Shown: positions 35,289 through 36,939 of the stretch, in pieces
Layout: every line of letters begins with the position of its first letter
Position numbering within the stretch: the first letter of the stretch is position 1
Source of the DNA: Patescibacteria group bacterium
GTDB taxonomy: Bacteria; Patescibacteriota; Minisyncoccia; Phycocordibacterales; Zambryskibacteraceae
Assembly: GCA_004322205.1 (NCBI GenBank)
Contig: SCSN01000004.1
Span: 1 to 36,939, forward strand
Length of the DNA: 36,939 bases
Reading direction: 5' to 3'
The notes under the pieces: generated by a model
What the model was told of the DNA's origin: nothing
Seen by the model: the letters and a program-made list of their open reading frames with translations, nothing else
The model's database searches: none
Made by a program: the position numbers and the translations under genes

Positions 35289-35447
35289 TTATTTCTTTGC
35301 CTCCTTGTGAAGAGTGCGCTTTCTGCAAAATCTGCAGTACTTCTTGAGCTCGATTTTTCGCTCGACTTTCTTCTTATTTTTGCTTGTCCAATAGTTAATC
35401 CGCTTACAGTTCGAGCATACAAGTTTTATAAGATTTTCTTGAGACAT
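35289..35447 (-). CDS. rpmG: 50S ribosomal protein L33 (zinc-binding form)
   Basis: Manual translation MSQENLIKLVCSNCKRINYWTSKNKKKVERKIELKKYCRFCRKRTLHKEAKK; below the ORF-track length cutoff. Confidence 0.96.
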   Translation of the reverse strand: MSQENLIKLVCSNCKRINYWTSKNKKKVERKIELKKYCRFCRKRTLHKEAKK

Positions 35448-35526
35448 AACAGGACGACAATAACAGAAAAAACAAAAATAGCTAAGCGCTCTTTTCTACA
35501 AAAGAGTTGTTGCTGAAAATCACTGG

Positions 35527-35781
35527 TTACTCCGCGGCATAAATCGCCGCCCCCTCTTTTGCCTGCTGCGAGAGTTTGACGGCTACCTCCTGCCCTTTCT
35601 TGCCCGACTCAATGGCTTGGTGGTTGAGCTGCATGGAGTCCACAGAATCTTCAAACTCCGTTTCTCCACGCCTCACCTTAATCTTGTCTCCTACCTTGAG
35701 AGCGCCTGCAAGTTTAATAACCGCAACGCCGATTTTGTCGTACCAGTGCACAACTTCACCAATTGGCTTTGCTTCTGCCAT
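35527..35781 (-). CDS. Small EF-Tu domain II-like beta-barrel protein
   Basis: IGEVVHWYDKIGVAVIKL...LKVGDKI...V-SMQ...GQEVAVK. Confidence 0.8.
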   Translation of the reverse strand: MAEAKPIGEVVHWYDKIGVAVIKLAGALKVGDKIKVRRGETEFEDSVDSMQLNHQAIESGKKGQEVAVKLSQQAKEGAAIYAAE

Positions 35782-35937
35782 ATAACCATATATTAGTACG
35801 GAGCGCTTTAGATGTCCAATGTGCAGAATACTTGAATTAGCTCAAACCGGCCGTCAGCTTTTTGACAATTTAAGGCTTTCTTCTGGCGGGCTAGGTTCGA
35901 GCGCACAAAGCTCTCACAATTAGCTCTCTATAAAACA

Positions 35938-35978
35938 GAAAGCCGCCCCGAAGTCGAGACGACTTTCAGGGGCGGCTG
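35938..35978 (-). terminator. Intrinsic terminator
   Basis: AGCCGCCCC...GGGGCGGCT-TT hairpin just after the frame-corrected stop at 35983. Confidence 0.7.
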
Positions 35979-35982
35979 GAGC

Positions 35983-36586
35983 TCACGCGACTACCTTGTT
36001 CAGACGCAGCTTGCGTGAGATCAGAAGTACCATCAACACCTGGAGGAAGAGGAACCAGACGGGGGTGAGGGCCGCCGCGATGTTCCAAGTCGGAATCGCC
36101 AGCACTCCGAAGACCCCCCCCCGCCAAGAACAGAAGCCAAGGCAGGAGCGGCTCGCGTGCGGGGTTCTCCCAAACGTTCACCACCATGGGGACAGACCCG
36201 ATAGTGATGGCGACGAAACTCAAAATGATGGCGACGAGACTCAAAATGATGGCGATGTTCGGGTCCCCCGAAACCGCCCAGAGCCCGATCGCAACGATCA
36301 CGACGGTGAGACAGATGAAGTCGAGACGAGTCCACCCAACTGCTGCGCCCTTGTAGACACTGGCTCCAACAAGGACCGCGACGCCGACCGTGTACGCCAC
36401 CATCTGCCATGCCATCTCGCTAGCAGCGATCATACCCGCCAGAATCGCGGCGTTCATGAGCAACCAAGAGATCCACGTTGAGACTGTGAGCTGGGCATTG
36501 CTCGTGAGCACTGACTTGGCGTAAGGCACGTAGGCCGCCGCCGAGAACAGAAACGCGAGAACAGCAAAGACGGAAATGAGCTGCAT
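35983..36586 (-). pseudogene. Multi-pass membrane protein frameshifted in a G9 tract
   Basis: SD AGAGGAGG; with G8 at 36114-36122 the ORF continues as hydrophobic VFGVLAIPTWNIAAALTPVWFLFLQVLMVLLI to TGA at 35983. Confidence 0.8.
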
Positions 36587-36738
36587 TTGGCCCTCCTCTA
36601 AGGGTCTAAAGTTGACAGTGAACTCTATTTAACATTATACACCCAGTATCAATACTTGTCAAACCATCAAGGGAGCCAATGGCAAAAGCGACAAAAACCC
36701 AAGCTATCGAGACTATTGAAAGCGGGTAAATTTGCCTG

Positions 36739-36939
36739 CCCGACGCATAGCTCTAAGACTCGTTATGCGTCGGGAGGGATTCGAATCTTACAGATTCTGT
36801 ACACCTTTCGCATTCCGCTTCGCGGAATATGCTCAAGGTCTTCTCATCCCTCACGCGAGCGAAGCGGTTCGCTCGCTCCGACGCATTTTTCACTTCGTTT
36901 CAAAATGCAGTATTCTTGAATTAGTCCGAACCCATTTCG
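36739..36939. mobile_element. Palindromic element with a tRNA-3'-end mimic followed by tail copy 4 (36903-36938, KCSILELVRTHF, cut by the window edge)
   Basis: Minus strand TTCGAATCCCTCCCGACGCA; ATGCGTCGG/CCGACGCAT inverted repeats; nested hairpins. Confidence 0.6.

Noticed and set aside
34993-35516. Several 64-132 aa ORFs in the track
   Set aside because: They overlap the tRNA-Trp cluster and rpmG and are spurious.
1-36939. Alternative genetic code (TGA read-through), given the multiple tRNA-Trp pieces
   Set aside because: All Trp anticodons are CCA, conserved genes are intact under code 11, and TGA terminates genes such as 1120-1491 and 15722-16060.
1-36939. Intact prophage, IS, retron or diversity-generating retroelement
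   Set aside because: No integrase, transposase, reverse transcriptase or structural phage gene is recognisable; the topA tail duplicate differs at all base types, not only adenines.

Overview
Bacterial chromosome segment using genetic code 11. The gene content and intergenic repeat style suggest Patescibacteria/CPR (Parcubacteria-like); this is an inference. Backbone genes: ddl, uvrC/uvrA/uvrB, tgt, FKBP, LOG, PCD, DoxX, SWIB, dnaX, a membrane Clp-like ATPase, ftsQ-like, serS, dprA, topA, rel, parB-like, miaA and rpmG (missed by the ORF track), plus tRNA-Gln, tRNA-Leu and tRNA-Trp. Small self-contained accessory genes are interspersed. Highlights: (1) a Russian-doll tRNA-Trp locus, with an intact tRNA-Trp inside a palindromic insert that splits the anticodon of a second complete tRNA, itself inside an inverted-repeat-bounded insert after a third Trp 5' half; (2) a two-gene unit of a membrane-anchored bPH-Schlafen(AlbA_2) fusion plus a eukaryote-like PHPT1/Janus phosphohistidine phosphatase homolog; (3) four orphan copies of a short coding tail (...RTHF..NPD-stop) that look like tRNA-targeted integration scars; (4) short palindromes inserted in frame in many housekeeping genes; (5) two stand-alone structured ncRNA candidates with promoter and terminator; (6) apparently leaderless core genes versus Shine-Dalgarno-led accessory genes. 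All calls are by eye, without database searches.
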